A DNA stretch of 64,000 nucleotides from assembly GCA_963727485.1 (NCBI GenBank), contig CAVSGM010000002.1, positions 576,001 to 640,000 on the forward strand. Reading direction: 5' to 3'. The translations under genes were made by a program, and so were the position numbers. The stretch is from an uncultured delta proteobacterium. Its GTDB lineage: Bacteria > Myxococcota > Myxococcia > SLRQ01. Of this stretch, positions 30,150-40,917 are shown one piece after another. Under the pieces are notes generated by a model that was given only the letters and a program-made list of their open reading frames with translations, had not been told where the DNA came from and ran no database searches. The stretch's first letter is position 1. The number at the start of each line of letters is the position of its first letter.

Positions 30150-31875
30150 ATGGCCGACCCCGTGACCTTCGCCGATCTGGGCCTGAAGCCCGAGCTCCTC
30201 AAGACCCTGGGCCAGCTCGGCTACGAGGAGCCCACGCCCATCCAGGCCGCCACCATCCCGCCGCTCCTCGAGGGCCGGGACCTCGTGGGCCAGGCCGCCA
30301 CCGGCACCGGCAAGACCGCCGCCTTCGCCCTGCCCCTGCTCCAGGGGCTCCCCGGCAAGCGCCCGCGCCGGGCCCCGCCCTCGGCCCTGATCCTGGTCCC
30401 CACCCGGGAGCTGGCGATGCAGGTCGCCGAGGCGGTGCACCGCTACGGCAAGGCCCTCGGCGTCGCCGTGCTCCCGGTCTACGGCGGCCAGCCCATCTAC
30501 CACCAGCTCAAGGCCCTCGACCGCGGGGTGGACGTGGTCGTGGCCACCCCGGGGCGGGCCCTGGACCACCTGCGCCGCGGCAGCCTGTCGCTGGCGCAGA
30601 TCCGCTACGTCGTCCTCGACGAGGCCGACGAGATGCTCGACATGGGTTTCACCGACGACATCGAGGCCATCCTCGGCGAGCTCCCGGAGGGGCACCAGAC
30701 CGCGCTGTTCTCCGCCACCCTCCCGGCGCGGATCCGGGGCATCGCCAAGCGGCACCTCACCGATCCGGTGGAGATCAAGATCGCCGCCGAGGGTCCGGCG
30801 AAGGGCGACCTCCCCAAGGTGCGCCAGACCGCCTACGTGGTGGCCCGGGGCTACAAGCTCGCGGCCCTCGGGCGCCTCCTCGACCTCGAGGCCCCGGAGG
30901 CCGCCATCGTCTTCTGCCGCACCCGCAACGAGGTGGACCAGCTCCACGAGGCCCTCGGCGGCCGGGGCTACCGCGCCGAGGCGCTCCACGGCGGGCTCTC
31001 CCAGACCCAGCGCGACCAGGTGCTCCGGCGCCTCAAGCGCGGCGCCGCGGACATCGTGGTGGCCACCGACGTCGCCGCCCGGGGCCTGGACATCGAGCGG
31101 CTCACCCACGTCATCAACTACGACGTGCCCTCGGCCCCCGAGGCCTACGTCCACCGCATCGGCCGGGTGGGCCGCGCCGGCCGCGAGGGCGTCGCCCTGA
31201 CCCTCGCCGAGTCCCGGGAGCACCGCCTCCTCAAGAGCATCGAGCGCCTCACCCACCGGCGCATCGAGGTGGCGCGCCTGCCCACCGTCGCCGACCTCCG
31301 GGCCCGGCGCCTCGATCTCCACCCGGGCGTCGATCCGCGAGGCCGTCCTCGCCGGCGGCCTCGAGGCCTTCGCGACGGTGGTCGAGAGCCTCGCCGACGA
31401 GCTCGACCTCTTCGACGTCGCCGCGGCGGCGATGAAGCTGGTCCACGAGGCCACCACCCCCGGCGGCGACGAGGTGGAGATCCCCGACCCGGCCCCCCGG
31501 GCGCCCCGCTCCGAGCGGCCACGGCACGAGGGCCGGCCGGCCCGCGGCGGTCCCGGCAAGCGCGGCCCCCGCCCCGGCGGCCCGGACATGGCCCGGGTGT
31601 TCATCGGCGCCGGGCGCGCCGCCGGGATCCGCCCCCAGGATCTCGTGGGCGCCATCGCCAACGAGGCGGGGATCTCCGGCCGGGCCATCGGCGCCATCGA
31701 GATCGCCGACCGCCACGCCCTCGTCGAGGTCCCCGAGCCCGTGGCCAACGAGGTCATCGCCGCCCTGCGCCGGACGCGGATCAAGGGGCGGAAGGTGCCC
31801 GTGCGCCGGGACCGGGACCAGGGCAGCGGGCCCACGGGCGGCGGGCCCAAGGGCGGTGGCCCCCGGCACGGTTGA
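30150..31875 (+). CDS. deaD: DEAD-box RNA helicase (DeaD/CsdA-like) with DbpA RNA-binding domain; frameshift near 31320
   Basis: PTPIQ, ATGTGKT, PTRELA, DEAD, SAT, ARGLD, HRIGRVGRAG; C-terminal IRPQDLVGAIANE. Confidence 0.9.
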
Positions 31876-31911
31876 CCGGCGGCCCCCGGCGCGCTTCGCT
31901 TTGGGACGACC

Positions 31912-32697
31912 ATGACCGACGCCGCCGACGCCGCCCCGCCCACCGGGGTGATCCTCCGCCTCGCGGCCGCCGAGCTCGCCGGCACCGCGATCCTCGTCGG
32001 GGTGGGCCTCGCCCTGGTCATCTTCGACTTCGGCCGGGGCTCGCCCATGCTCCGGTGGATCCCCAGCGACCCGATGCGCCGGGCCCTCACCGGCCTGCTC
32101 TTCGGCGCCACCGGGGCCTCCATCGCCATCTCGCCCCTGGGGAAGGCCAGCGGGGCCCACATCAACCCCCTGGTCACCCTCGCCTTCTACCTCCAGGACA
32201 AGCTCCACGGGCGCCACGCCGTCGCCTACGGGGTGGCCCAGTGCCTCGGGGCCATCGTCGGCTGCGTGCCGCTGCTGGCCTTCGGGGCCATGGGCCGGTC
32301 GGTGCACTTCGGGGCCACCGTCCCCGGCCCCGGCGGCCCCTGGGTCGCGGTCGCCGGCGAGGCGGTGACCACCTTCGCCCTCATCGCCGGCCTCTTCTTC
32401 TTCCTGCGCCTCCCGCGCCTGCGCCCCTTCACCCCGCTGCTCTTCCCGTTCCTCTACGCGGCGATGGTGTGGCTCGAGGCGCCGATCTCCGGCACCAGCA
32501 CCAACACCGCGCGGACCCTGGGCCCGGCGGTGATCTCCGGCGACTGGCGGGGCTTCTGGGTCTACGTGGTGGGGCCGCTCATCGGGACGCTCCTGGCCCT
32601 CTGGCTCCACGCGGCCCGGCGCCTCGAGCACCTGGAGGTCGAGGTGGCGAAGGTCTACCACTTCGCCAGCGACCGCCACGGCGTCTTCCGCCGGTAG
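31912..32697 (+). CDS. MIP/aquaporin family channel
   Basis: AELAGT, SGAHINPLVT, ISGTSTNTARTLGP, WVYVVGP. Confidence 0.88.
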   Translation: MTDAADAAPPTGVILRLAAAELAGTAILVGVGLALVIFDFGRGSPMLRWIPSDPMRRALTGLLFGATGASIAISPLGKASGAHINPLVTLAFYLQDKLHGRHAVAYGVAQCLGAIVGCVPLLAFGAMGRSVHFGATVPGPGGPWVAVAGEAVTTFALIAGLFFFLRLPRLRPFTPLLFPFLYAAMVWLEAPISGTSTNTARTLGPAVISGDWRGFWVYVVGPLIGTLLALWLHAARRLEHLEVEVAKVYHFASDRHGVFRR

Positions 32698-32734
32698 GCC
32701 CGCGCCCCCGGCGGGTCCCGCTGCCCGGTCCGCC

Positions 32735-33538
32735 CTACTGGGGCGCGCCCTGGGCGATCCAGTCGACGATGGTCTGGATGTCGCTCGACGAGAGGCTCCC
32801 GCGCTTGGGCATCGCCACCCCGGCGCAGGGGGGGCTGGCGGAGGTGGCGAGGATCTTGTCCACCAGGACGCTCTCGCCGCGGCTCGGCCCGCAGGCCATC
32901 ACCCGGTCGGCGTTGCACTCGATGCTCCCGACGCCCACCAGGCTCCCGTAGCTGTGCCCGTCGGTGAGGTCCATGGGCGCCAGGCCGCCGGTGCTCACGT
33001 GGCAGCCGGAGGTGGCGCAGCTGGCGTCGAAGATGGGCTGCACGTCGCCGGCGAGGGTCACCGCCCGGGAGGCGATGCCGAAGCCGAAGGCGTTGGAGTC
33101 GCCGCCCCCGGGGGCGGGGTTGGTGACGACCACGCGCACCTCGTCGCGCGTCGGGGCGGTGGCCAGCAGGCTCGCGGGCACCGTGATTGAGAGGGCGGTG
33201 GCGCTGTCGGGGCTCACGGTGACCGCGGTCCCGTCGAAGGTGGCGGTGGTCCCGGCCATGAACCCCGAGCCGGTGACGGTGACCGTGAGGTCCGAGCTCC
33301 CGGCGACGGCGCCGCAGGGCGAGAGGGCGGTGACCAGGGGCACCGGGTTCCCGCCCCCGGCGTCGGCGACGCCCCCGTCGGTGCCCCCACCCCCGCCGTC
33401 CTGGGACCCGCTCCCGCCCCCGTCGGTGACGCCGCCGCCGTCGCCGCCACCCACAGGGGCGGTCGTGGTGCCGCAGCCGGCGGCGAGGAGGAGCACGAGG
33501 CCGAGGACCACGACGGGGACGCGCGCGGAGTTTTGCAT
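32735..33538 (-). CDS. Lipoprotein with IPT/TIG domain and c-type cytochrome-like C-terminal domain
   Basis: Lipobox AAGC, DGG linker, TVTGSGF, VTNPAPGGG; VQPIFDASCATSGCH...MP...IVDWIAQGA. Confidence 0.7.
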   Translation of the reverse strand: MQNSARVPVVVLGLVLLLAAGCGTTTAPVGGGDGGGVTDGGGSGSQDGGGGGTDGGVADAGGGNPVPLVTALSPCGAVAGSSDLTVTVTGSGFMAGTTATFDGTAVTVSPDSATALSITVPASLLATAPTRDEVRVVVTNPAPGGGDSNAFGFGIASRAVTLAGDVQPIFDASCATSGCHVSTGGLAPMDLTDGHSYGSLVGVGSIECNADRVMACGPSRGESVLVDKILATSASPPCAGVAMPKRGSLSSSDIQTIVDWIAQGAPQ

Positions 33539-33628
33539 GGTGCCCTAGGGTAGCACCCGCCGCTCTGATTGGGGATATGTCCGAACCATGACGGCCCAGG
33601 GCGCCGCCAGTCGCCACACTGTCGTCCC

Positions 33629-34390
33629 ATGAAGGCGCTGCTCTCCATCTGGGCCTGGACCGTCATCGGTCTCGCGGTGATCTTCGGGTTCCTCACCCTG
33701 GTCCTCCTCACCCCGACCCTCCTCTTCGACCGCAACCGGCGCATCATCGGCCGGGCGTTCCGGCTCTCGTCGGTGGTGGCGGCGAAGCTCATCCCCCAGT
33801 GGCGGTTCCGGGCCATGGGCGAGATCCACCGGCCCCGACCCCGGACGGTGGTGGTGGGCAACCACCTCTCGCTGGCCGACCCGTTCATCGTCTCCTACCT
33901 GCCCTGGGAGATGAAGTGGATGGCCAAGGAGGAGGCCTTCCGCCTCCCCATCATGGGCTGGTCCATGCGCCTGGCCGGCGACATCCCGGTGAACCGGGCC
34001 GACCGCGCCTCGGGCAAGGCCGCCCTCGAGCGCGCCCGCTACTGGCTCGAGCGCGACATGCCGGTGATGATGTTCCCCGAGGGGACCCGCGCCAAGGGGG
34101 GCAAGCTCTTGCCCTTCAAGCCCGGCGCCTTCCGCCTCGCCATCGAGACCGGCGCCGACGTCCTGCCCATCGCCATCTGCGGCACCGACAAGGCCCTGCC
34201 CAAGCACGGCTGGAAGATGAGCCGCACCACCGCCCGGGTGATCACCAGCGAGCCGATCTCCACCGCGGGGATGACCGTCGACGACGTCCCGGCGCTGAGC
34301 GAGCAGGTCCGCGAGCGCATCCAGGGCCTCCTCGAGGAGCTGGGGCAGTACCGCGAGGCGCCCGCCGGCCACCCGGTGCGGGCGAGCTGA
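33629..34390 (+). CDS. 1-acyl-sn-glycerol-3-phosphate acyltransferase family
   Basis: NHLSLAD, FPEGTR, PFKPGAF. Confidence 0.9.
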   Translation: MKALLSIWAWTVIGLAVIFGFLTLVLLTPTLLFDRNRRIIGRAFRLSSVVAAKLIPQWRFRAMGEIHRPRPRTVVVGNHLSLADPFIVSYLPWEMKWMAKEEAFRLPIMGWSMRLAGDIPVNRADRASGKAALERARYWLERDMPVMMFPEGTRAKGGKLLPFKPGAFRLAIETGADVLPIAICGTDKALPKHGWKMSRTTARVITSEPISTAGMTVDDVPALSEQVRERIQGLLEELGQYREAPAGHPVRAS

Positions 34391-34412
34391 CGGACGCGGT
34401 CGGCGCCGCCCC

Positions 34413-35024
34413 TCAGGCGCGCGCCGGCACCGGGTCGAGGGACGCCAGGTCCGCTGGGCGGTCCACCCCCAGGAGCACCCCCGGGTCGTCCACGGCGACC
34501 ACCAGCCGCGAGTGGGCGTTGGCCACCGCCCGGGCGCCCTCCCCGCCCGAGACCGAGGCGAGCTCGGTGTAGGTCTCGGGGGCGAAGATCACCGGGTGGC
34601 CGTGGCGACCGCTCCAGGCGGGGATGGCCACCGCCGGGCGCAGGGCCAGGTAGGAGGCGAGGAGCTCGGCCACCGCCGGCGCGCCCACCGCCGGGTGGTC
34701 CACGGGCCACACCAGGAGGCCGTCGCCGGCGTGGCCGGCGGCCAGCAGCGCCGAGAGCCCGGTCTGGATCGACGAGAGCATCCCCCCGGTCTCCCAGTCG
34801 GCGTTGACCACCACCTGCACCCGCGGCGGGAGCGCCACCTGGGCCTTCACCGCGTCGGCCTCGGCGCCGAGGACCACGCACACCGCGGCGAGGTCCGCCT
34901 GGCCGTCGAGGACCCGCGCCACCCGGGCGAGGAACGCCTCGCCCTGCCACTCCACCAGGGCCTTGGGCCGGCCCATGCGCCGCCCGGCGCCCGCCGCGAG
35001 AATCACCGCCCCGATGTCAGCCAT
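34413..35024 (-). CDS. mocA: Molybdenum cofactor cytidylyltransferase-like NTP transferase (MocA family)
   Basis: ILAAGAGRRMGRPKAL, GMLSSIQTG, PVDHP, GHPVIF; next to an xanthine-dehydrogenase-family enzyme. Confidence 0.78.
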   Translation of the reverse strand: MADIGAVILAAGAGRRMGRPKALVEWQGEAFLARVARVLDGQADLAAVCVVLGAEADAVKAQVALPPRVQVVVNADWETGGMLSSIQTGLSALLAAGHAGDGLLVWPVDHPAVGAPAVAELLASYLALRPAVAIPAWSGRHGHPVIFAPETYTELASVSGGEGARAVANAHSRLVVAVDDPGVLLGVDRPADLASLDPVPARA

Positions 35025-36285
35025 GGGTCTCTCCTTCCCGGGCGCCCGGGTCGTCGCCGAGGTGGCTCGCCACCAGGTCCTCCACCAGCGCGTCCGGGAG
35101 CACCCGGTCGGCGGCCTTGGCGGCGCGGAAGATCGCGTCGCAGAGGGCGTCGCCCGCGGGGTGTCCGTGGGCGGCGAGCCAGTGCTTCACGTTCGAGAGC
35201 CCGCTCATGGGCCCGATCTCGATGCGCTGGGCCCGGCCGACCAGGCCGGCGGGGACCCCGCTGTAGACCGTGTCGGCGAGCCAGGGGTCGCCGCTGCGCT
35301 CGGCCTTGATCACCGCCGCGGCGTGGACCCCGGTGGCGGTGCGGAAGGCGTCGGCGCCGAGGACCGGGTACTCACCGGGGATGGCCCGGCCCACGGCCCG
35401 GCTCACGGTCTCGCACCACTCGGGGAGCCGCGAGAGGTCGGCGTCGCGCTCGCCGAGGAGGCGCAGGTTCACCAGGATCTGGTCGAGGGGCGCGTTGCCC
35501 ACCCGCTCGCCGATGCCGAGCGCGGTGCCGTGGATCCGGTCGGCGCCGGACTCCAGGGCGGTGAGGCTGTTGGTGAGCGCCAGGCCCCGGTCGTTGTGGC
35601 CGTGCCAGTCGATGCCCACCTTCGCGCCGCTGACCTCGATGACGTCCCGGGTGAAGTCGATGAGGTTCCGGACGCCGTCGGGGGTGGCGTGGCCCACGGT
35701 GTCGCAGAGGGCGAGGCGGTGGGCCCCGTGGTCGATGGCGGCGCGGAAGAGGGGCTCGAGGTCGCCGGGGCGGCTGCGGGTGGTGTCCTCGGTGACGAAG
35801 GTCACCGGGAGGCCCTCCTTCACCGCGAAGTCCACCGCGTCGGTGGTCAGCTTCAGCAGGTGGTCGAGGCTCCAGCCCTCGACGAAGCGCCGGATGGGGC
35901 TGGTGCCGAGGAAGGCCATGACCTCGATCTCGATGCCCGTGGCCTGGCTCACCTCCACCACCGGGCGGATGTCGTCGAGGTGGGTGCGGGCGGCACAGCT
36001 CGGCCAGATGGCAAGCTTGCGATCTGCCAGATGGCGGGCGAGGGCCAGGACGTCGGCCCGGGCCCTCGGCCCGGCGCCGGGGAGGCCGAGGTCGATGGCG
36101 TCGATGCCCACGGCGTCGGCGAGCTCGAGGAGGCGCAGCTTGTCGGCGATGGGCGGATCGACGATGGACGGACCCTGGATCCCGTCGCGGAGGGTCTCGT
36201 CGTAGAGGGTCACCGAGCCGTCGGTGAGGGGGTGGTGCCGCTTGCGGATGTTCCAGTCGTAGATGAGGCCTTCGTGGTGCGGCAT
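35017..36285 (-). CDS. LeuA/homocitrate/Re-citrate synthase-like DRE-TIM enzyme lacking a regulatory domain
   Basis: DETLRDGIQ, LCDTVG, HGHNDRG, GIGERVGN, GPMSG. Confidence 0.85.
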   Translation of the reverse strand: MPHHEGLIYDWNIRKRHHPLTDGSVTLYDETLRDGIQGPSIVDPPIADKLRLLELADAVGIDAIDLGLPGAGPRARADVLALARHLADRKLAIWPSCAARTHLDDIRPVVEVSQATGIEIEVMAFLGTSPIRRFVEGWSLDHLLKLTTDAVDFAVKEGLPVTFVTEDTTRSRPGDLEPLFRAAIDHGAHRLALCDTVGHATPDGVRNLIDFTRDVIEVSGAKVGIDWHGHNDRGLALTNSLTALESGADRIHGTALGIGERVGNAPLDQILVNLRLLGERDADLSRLPEWCETVSRAVGRAIPGEYPVLGADAFRTATGVHAAAVIKAERSGDPWLADTVYSGVPAGLVGRAQRIEIGPMSGLSNVKHWLAAHGHPAGDALCDAIFRAAKAADRVLPDALVEDLVASHLGDDPGAREGETHG

Positions 36286-36331
36286 CGCGGGGCTCCCGGC
36301 GGGCGGCGCCGGCATGTGGATACACGTCGGC

Positions 36332-36347
36332 TGGCATGAACGGTGCA
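36332..36347 (+). promoter_or_regulatory. Possible sigma54 promoter for hcrCAB
   Basis: TGGCATGAACGGTGCA has GG-N10-GC spacing. Confidence 0.4.
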
Positions 36348-36360
36348 CACGACGTGCCAC

Positions 36361-36864
36361 GTGTCTGCCCCCGAACCCGCCCTCCTCCGCCTGGTGGTCA
36401 ACGGCGAGGCCCGCACCCTCGCGGCCTCGCCCCAGGCCACCCTCCTCGAGGTCCTGCGCTACGACCTCGGCCTCACCGGCACCAAGCAGGGCTGCGACAA
36501 GGGCGACTGCGGCGCCTGCACGGTCCTCCTCGACGGCCGCCCGGTGCTGGCCTGCCTCACCCTCGCGGCGCTCTGCGAGGGCCACGAGGTCCGCACCGTC
36601 GAGGGCCTGCGCACCCCCGCCGGCCTCCACCGCCTCCAGGCGGCGTTCATGCGCCACGGCGCCGCCCAGTGCGGCTTCTGTACCCCGGGGATGCTCATGA
36701 GCGCCGCCGCCTTCCTCGAGGGCCGGGGCGACGCCGGGCCCCCGAGCCGCGAGGCGGTCGCCGAGGCCCTCTCCGGGAACCTCTGCCGGTGCACCGGGTA
36801 CGTGAAGATCGTCGACGCGGTCCTCGACGCTGCCGCAGAATCTGCGTCCAAGGCGGCGTCATGA
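36361..36864 (+). CDS. hcrC: 4-hydroxybenzoyl-CoA reductase gamma subunit (2x[2Fe-2S])
   Basis: GTKQGCDKGDCGACTV, QCGFCTPG, NLCRCTGY; start could be 36343. Confidence 0.85.
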   Translation: MSAPEPALLRLVVNGEARTLAASPQATLLEVLRYDLGLTGTKQGCDKGDCGACTVLLDGRPVLACLTLAALCEGHEVRTVEGLRTPAGLHRLQAAFMRHGAAQCGFCTPGMLMSAAAFLEGRGDAGPPSREAVAEALSGNLCRCTGYVKIVDAVLDAAAESASKAAS

Positions 36865-39208
36865 CCCGGGCGCGGAGCGGGACCGGGGCTGACGGGGCCA
36901 AGACCGGCAACATGTCGCCGATCGGGGGCCGCCACGGGCGGATCGATGGGGGCGATCAGGTCACCGGTCGCGCACAGTATGCGGACGACCTTGCGCCGCC
37001 GCGCATGTTGTTCGCGCGGATCCTCCGGTCGCCCCACGCCCACGCGCACGTGGTCGGCCTCGACACCCGGAAGGCCCTGGCCCTGGACGGGGTCGAGGCG
37101 GTGATCACCGGCCGCGATCTGCCGACGCCCTACGGGGTGCTCCCGTGGACCGAGGACGAGCACGTCCTCGCGGTGGAGCGCGTCCGGTACGTGGGCGACG
37201 CGGTGGCCGCGGTCGCCGCCGTGGACGAGGCCACCGCCGACGCCGCCTGTGCCGCCATCGAGGTGGCCTACGCGCCCCTCCCGGCGCTCCTCAATCCCGA
37301 GGACGCGGCGTCGCGCACCGACGTGCAGCTGCACACGGGCAAGCGCCCGGGGAACCTCACCAAGCAGGTGGACCTGGCCTTTGGCGACGTGGACGCCGCC
37401 GCCGCCGAGGCCGCGGTGGTGGTCGAGGGCGACTACTTCTTCCAGGGCACCACCCACGCGGCCATCGAGCCCCACTGCGCCCTGGCCGAGGTCGACGGGA
37501 GCGGCGTCGTGACCGTGTGGTCGGCGACCCAGGTGCCCCACTACCTCCACCGGGCCCTGGCCCAGGTCCTCGAGGTGCCGGCGCGCCAGGTGCGGGTCAT
37601 CCAGCCGCCGGTGGGCGGGGGCTTCGGCGGCAAGTCCGAGCCCTTCGACCTGGAGTTCTGCGCGGCGCTCCTCGCCATGCGCACCGGCCGCCCGGTGAAG
37701 GTCCTCTACACCCGCGAGGAGGTCTTCCTCGCCCACCGGGGCCGCCACCCCACGCGCATCCGGGCCAAGACCAGCTTCGCCGAGGACGGGCGGCTGCTCT
37801 CGGCCACGACGCGGACCTGCTCCTCGACGGCGGCGCCTACGCGAGCTTCGGCCTGGTCACCACCTACTACGCGGGGCAGCTCACCGCCCTCCCCTATGAC
37901 CTGCCCGCCTACCGCTACCGGAGCCGGCGCGTGTACACCAACAAGCCCGCCTGCGGCCCCAAGCGCGGCCACGGGGCGGTGCAGCCGCGCTTCGCCATGG
38001 AGGTGCAGCTCGACCGGGCGGCGACGGCGCTGGGCCTCGATCCCATCGAGCTTCGGCGCCGGGCGTTCATCGGCGAGCAGACCCGCTCGGTGAACGGCCT
38101 GCGGGTGGGGTCTTTGGGGCTCATGGCCTGCCTCGAGGCGGTGGAGAAGGCCAGCGGCTGGAAGGCGCGCCGGGGCCGGCTGCCGCGGGGCCACGGGCTC
38201 GGGGTCGCGGCGAGCGCCTACATCAGCGGCACCAACTACCCCATCTACCCCAACGACATGCCCCAGTCGGCGGTGCAGATCGCCTGCGACCGGTCCGGGC
38301 GGGTGCGGGTGTTCGCCGGCACCTCGGACATCGGCCAGGGCTCGAGCACCATGCTCGCCACCATCATGGCCACCGAGCTGGGGGTGGACCTGGCGGACGT
38401 GCGGGTGCTCGCCGCGGACACGGACCTCACGCCGGTGGACCTCGGCGCCTACTCCAGCCGCATCACCCTCATGGCCGGGCACGCGGCGATGGACGCGGCG
38501 CGGTCGGTGGCCAAGAAGGTGCGCAAGGCGGTGGCCCAGGCCTGGGAGTGCAAGCCGTCGGACGTGTCGCTGGTCGACGGCCTGGCGGTCGACGTCCGGG
38601 ACCCGTCCCGGTCGATGGCGCTCGCCGAGGCGTTCCAGGTGGCCGAGGCCGCCTTCGGGACCCTGGGCGCGGTGGGCCACTACAACACGCCCAAGGAGGG
38701 GGTCCACGGCGACTACCGGGGCGCCACCATCGGCGCCACCCCGGCCTTCTCCACCACCGCGCACGTGGCCGAGGTGGAGGTCGACGAGGACACGGGCGAC
38801 GTCCGGGTGCTCAACATCTGGGTGGCCCACGACTGCGGCAAGGCCCTCTCGCCGCTCCTCGTGGAAGGCCAGATGGAGGGCTCCTGCTACATGGGCTTCG
38901 GCGAGGCGCTGATGGAGCACCACGAGGTCGGCCCCGAGGGGCGGCTGCTGGCGCCGGACCTCCTCGACTACCGGATCCCCACGTCCATGGACACGCCGTT
39001 CATCGAGTCGCACATCGTCGAGTCGCCGGACGAGAACGGGCCCTACGGCGCCAAGGAGGCCGGCGAGGGGCCGCTCCACTCGGTGATCCCCGCCATCGCC
39101 AACGCGGTCTTCGACGCGGTGGGGGTGCGCGTCGACCACCTGCCCATCACCCCCGAGAAGGTCCTCGCCGCCCTGGACGCGGCGCGCGCGAAGGAGGTGG
39201 CGTCATGA
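36861..39208 (+). CDS. hcrA: 4-hydroxybenzoyl-CoA reductase alpha subunit (molybdopterin); frameshift near 37800
   Basis: RSPHAHA, TQVPHY, GGGFGGKSEPF, AHRGR, CGPKRGHG, DLGAYSSRIT, GAKEAGEG. Confidence 0.85.
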
Positions 39209-40189
39209 TGCCGCTGCCGCAAGTTCGAGCTCGCCCGCCCGACGCACCTGGACGAGGCGGTGTCGCTCCTCGCCGAGGCCGGCGACGAGGGGAAGGTCCT
39301 CGCCGGGGGCACGGACCTCCTGGTGAACCTCAAGCACGGGATCACCTCGGCGCGCCTCCTGGTGTCCCTGCGCGAGGTGGGGAACCTCATGGGCATCCAC
39401 GTCGCCGACGACGGCACGTTGGTGGTCGCCGCCGGGGAGACGCTGGCCGACGTGGCCGCGAGCAAGCTGGTGCGCACCCGGGCCCCGGCGCTCGCCCAGG
39501 CCGCCGCCGCCGCGGCCCACCCCCAGGCCCGGAACATGGGGACGCTGGGGGGCAACGTCTGCCTCGACGTGCGCTGCCGCTACGTGAACCGCAGCGGGTT
39601 CTGGCGCGGGGCGCTCGGCGGCTGCCTCAAGGCCGACGGCGAGCTGTGCCACGTGGTGCCCAAGGGCCGCAACTGCATGGCCGCCATGTCCGCGGACACG
39701 GTGGCGCCGCTTTCGGCCCTGGGCGCCGTGCTCGAGGTCGCGGGCCCCGGGGGCACCCGGCGCCTCCCGGTCCTGGCGCTCCGGGGCAAGGACGGCCGCG
39801 ACCCGGTGGCCCTGTCCCCGGGCGAGATCGTCACCGCCATCCGCGTGCCCCCCATGGACGCGCGCCGGCGCAGCAGCTACCAGAAGTGGGCGGTGCGCCG
39901 GGCCGTGGACTTCCCGCTGGTGAGCCTGGGCATGGTCCTCGACAGCCACCCCGACGGGCGTGTCGCGGCCATGAGCATCGTGGTCGGCGCGCTGGGGCCG
40001 CGGCCCAAGCGGATCACCGGGCTCGAGGCCTTCACCGACGAGGCGCTGACGCCGGAGCTCATCGACGCCGTCGCCGAGCGGGTGGTCAAGCAGTGCGCGC
40101 CCTTGCCCAACGTGCTCTACGACGCCGACTACCGGCGCCGGCGCCTGGGCGTGATGGTGAAGCGCCAGCTCGAGGCGTGGGGCCGCTAG
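39205..40189 (+). CDS. hcrB: 4-hydroxybenzoyl-CoA reductase beta subunit (FAD, [4Fe-4S]); frameshift near 39221
   Basis: LAGGTDL, RNMGTLGGN; HcrB-specific Cys insert RCRYVN...GCLK...CHVVPKGRNC; AVDFP. Confidence 0.87.
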
Positions 40190-40908
40190 CGCGAGAGCCC
40201 CAGGGCCAGCGCGAACACCGTCCCCGGGTGCACGAAGCTCCGGGTGACGTCGAGCTCGAGGTGGAAGTGGCCGATGCCCTTCGCGGGCGTGGACACCCCG
40301 AGGAGGACGCCGGCCAGGGCCTCGGCCGAGGCGGTACCGTTCTGCGGGCCCGTGGTCCCGACCAGGGTCAGGTTGGACTGCTGGGGCAGGCGGGCACCGG
40401 GCCGGAACCCGAGCTGGATCGTGGTCCGCCCCACGCGCCACCCGAGGACCACGGGCACCGAGCCCAGGCCGAGGAGCGCGGGCCCGTAGCCGACGTTGTC
40501 GGTGCAGAAGGCACCCGGCGGCGCCACGCAGTAGGTGTCCGCGAGCACCGCCCCGGCCTCGAGGCCCAGGGAGAGCGAGAGGTGCGGCGTGTGGAGCACC
40601 TCGAACCGCCCGTCGAGCATGGCGCCCCCGCCCCCGAGGACCCGGAGGCCCAGCGACAGGCCCGGCGCCACCCCGTAACGCACGGAGAGCTCGAGCCCGG
40701 GGGCGACGAAGAGGCGCGGCGGGGTGTCGTAGGCGCCGGGCATGATGCTCCCGGCGACGGCGCCGCCGAAGCCGAGGTGGCCCGCGGGCACCGGCGTGCC
40801 CGGGTACATCAGCGGCGGCGGCACCGCGTAGCAGCCCGAGGCCCCCAGCAGGAGGCACAGCGCGGCCGCGGGAAGATGCGTCCTGCCACGAGCGCCGGGG
40901 CCCTGCAT
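40186..40908 (-). CDS. Hypothetical lipoprotein, possible beta-barrel (paralog A)
   Basis: Lipobox ASGC; alternating hydrophobic strands; similar to 40918-41598. Confidence 0.6.
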   Translation of the reverse strand: MQGPGARGRTHLPAAALCLLLGASGCYAVPPPLMYPGTPVPAGHLGFGGAVAGSIMPGAYDTPPRLFVAPGLELSVRYGVAPGLSLGLRVLGGGGAMLDGRFEVLHTPHLSLSLGLEAGAVLADTYCVAPPGAFCTDNVGYGPALLGLGSVPVVLGWRVGRTTIQLGFRPGARLPQQSNLTLVGTTGPQNGTASAEALAGVLLGVSTPAKGIGHFHLELDVTRSFVHPGTVFALALGLSR

Positions 40909-40917
40909 GTAGGCCGC

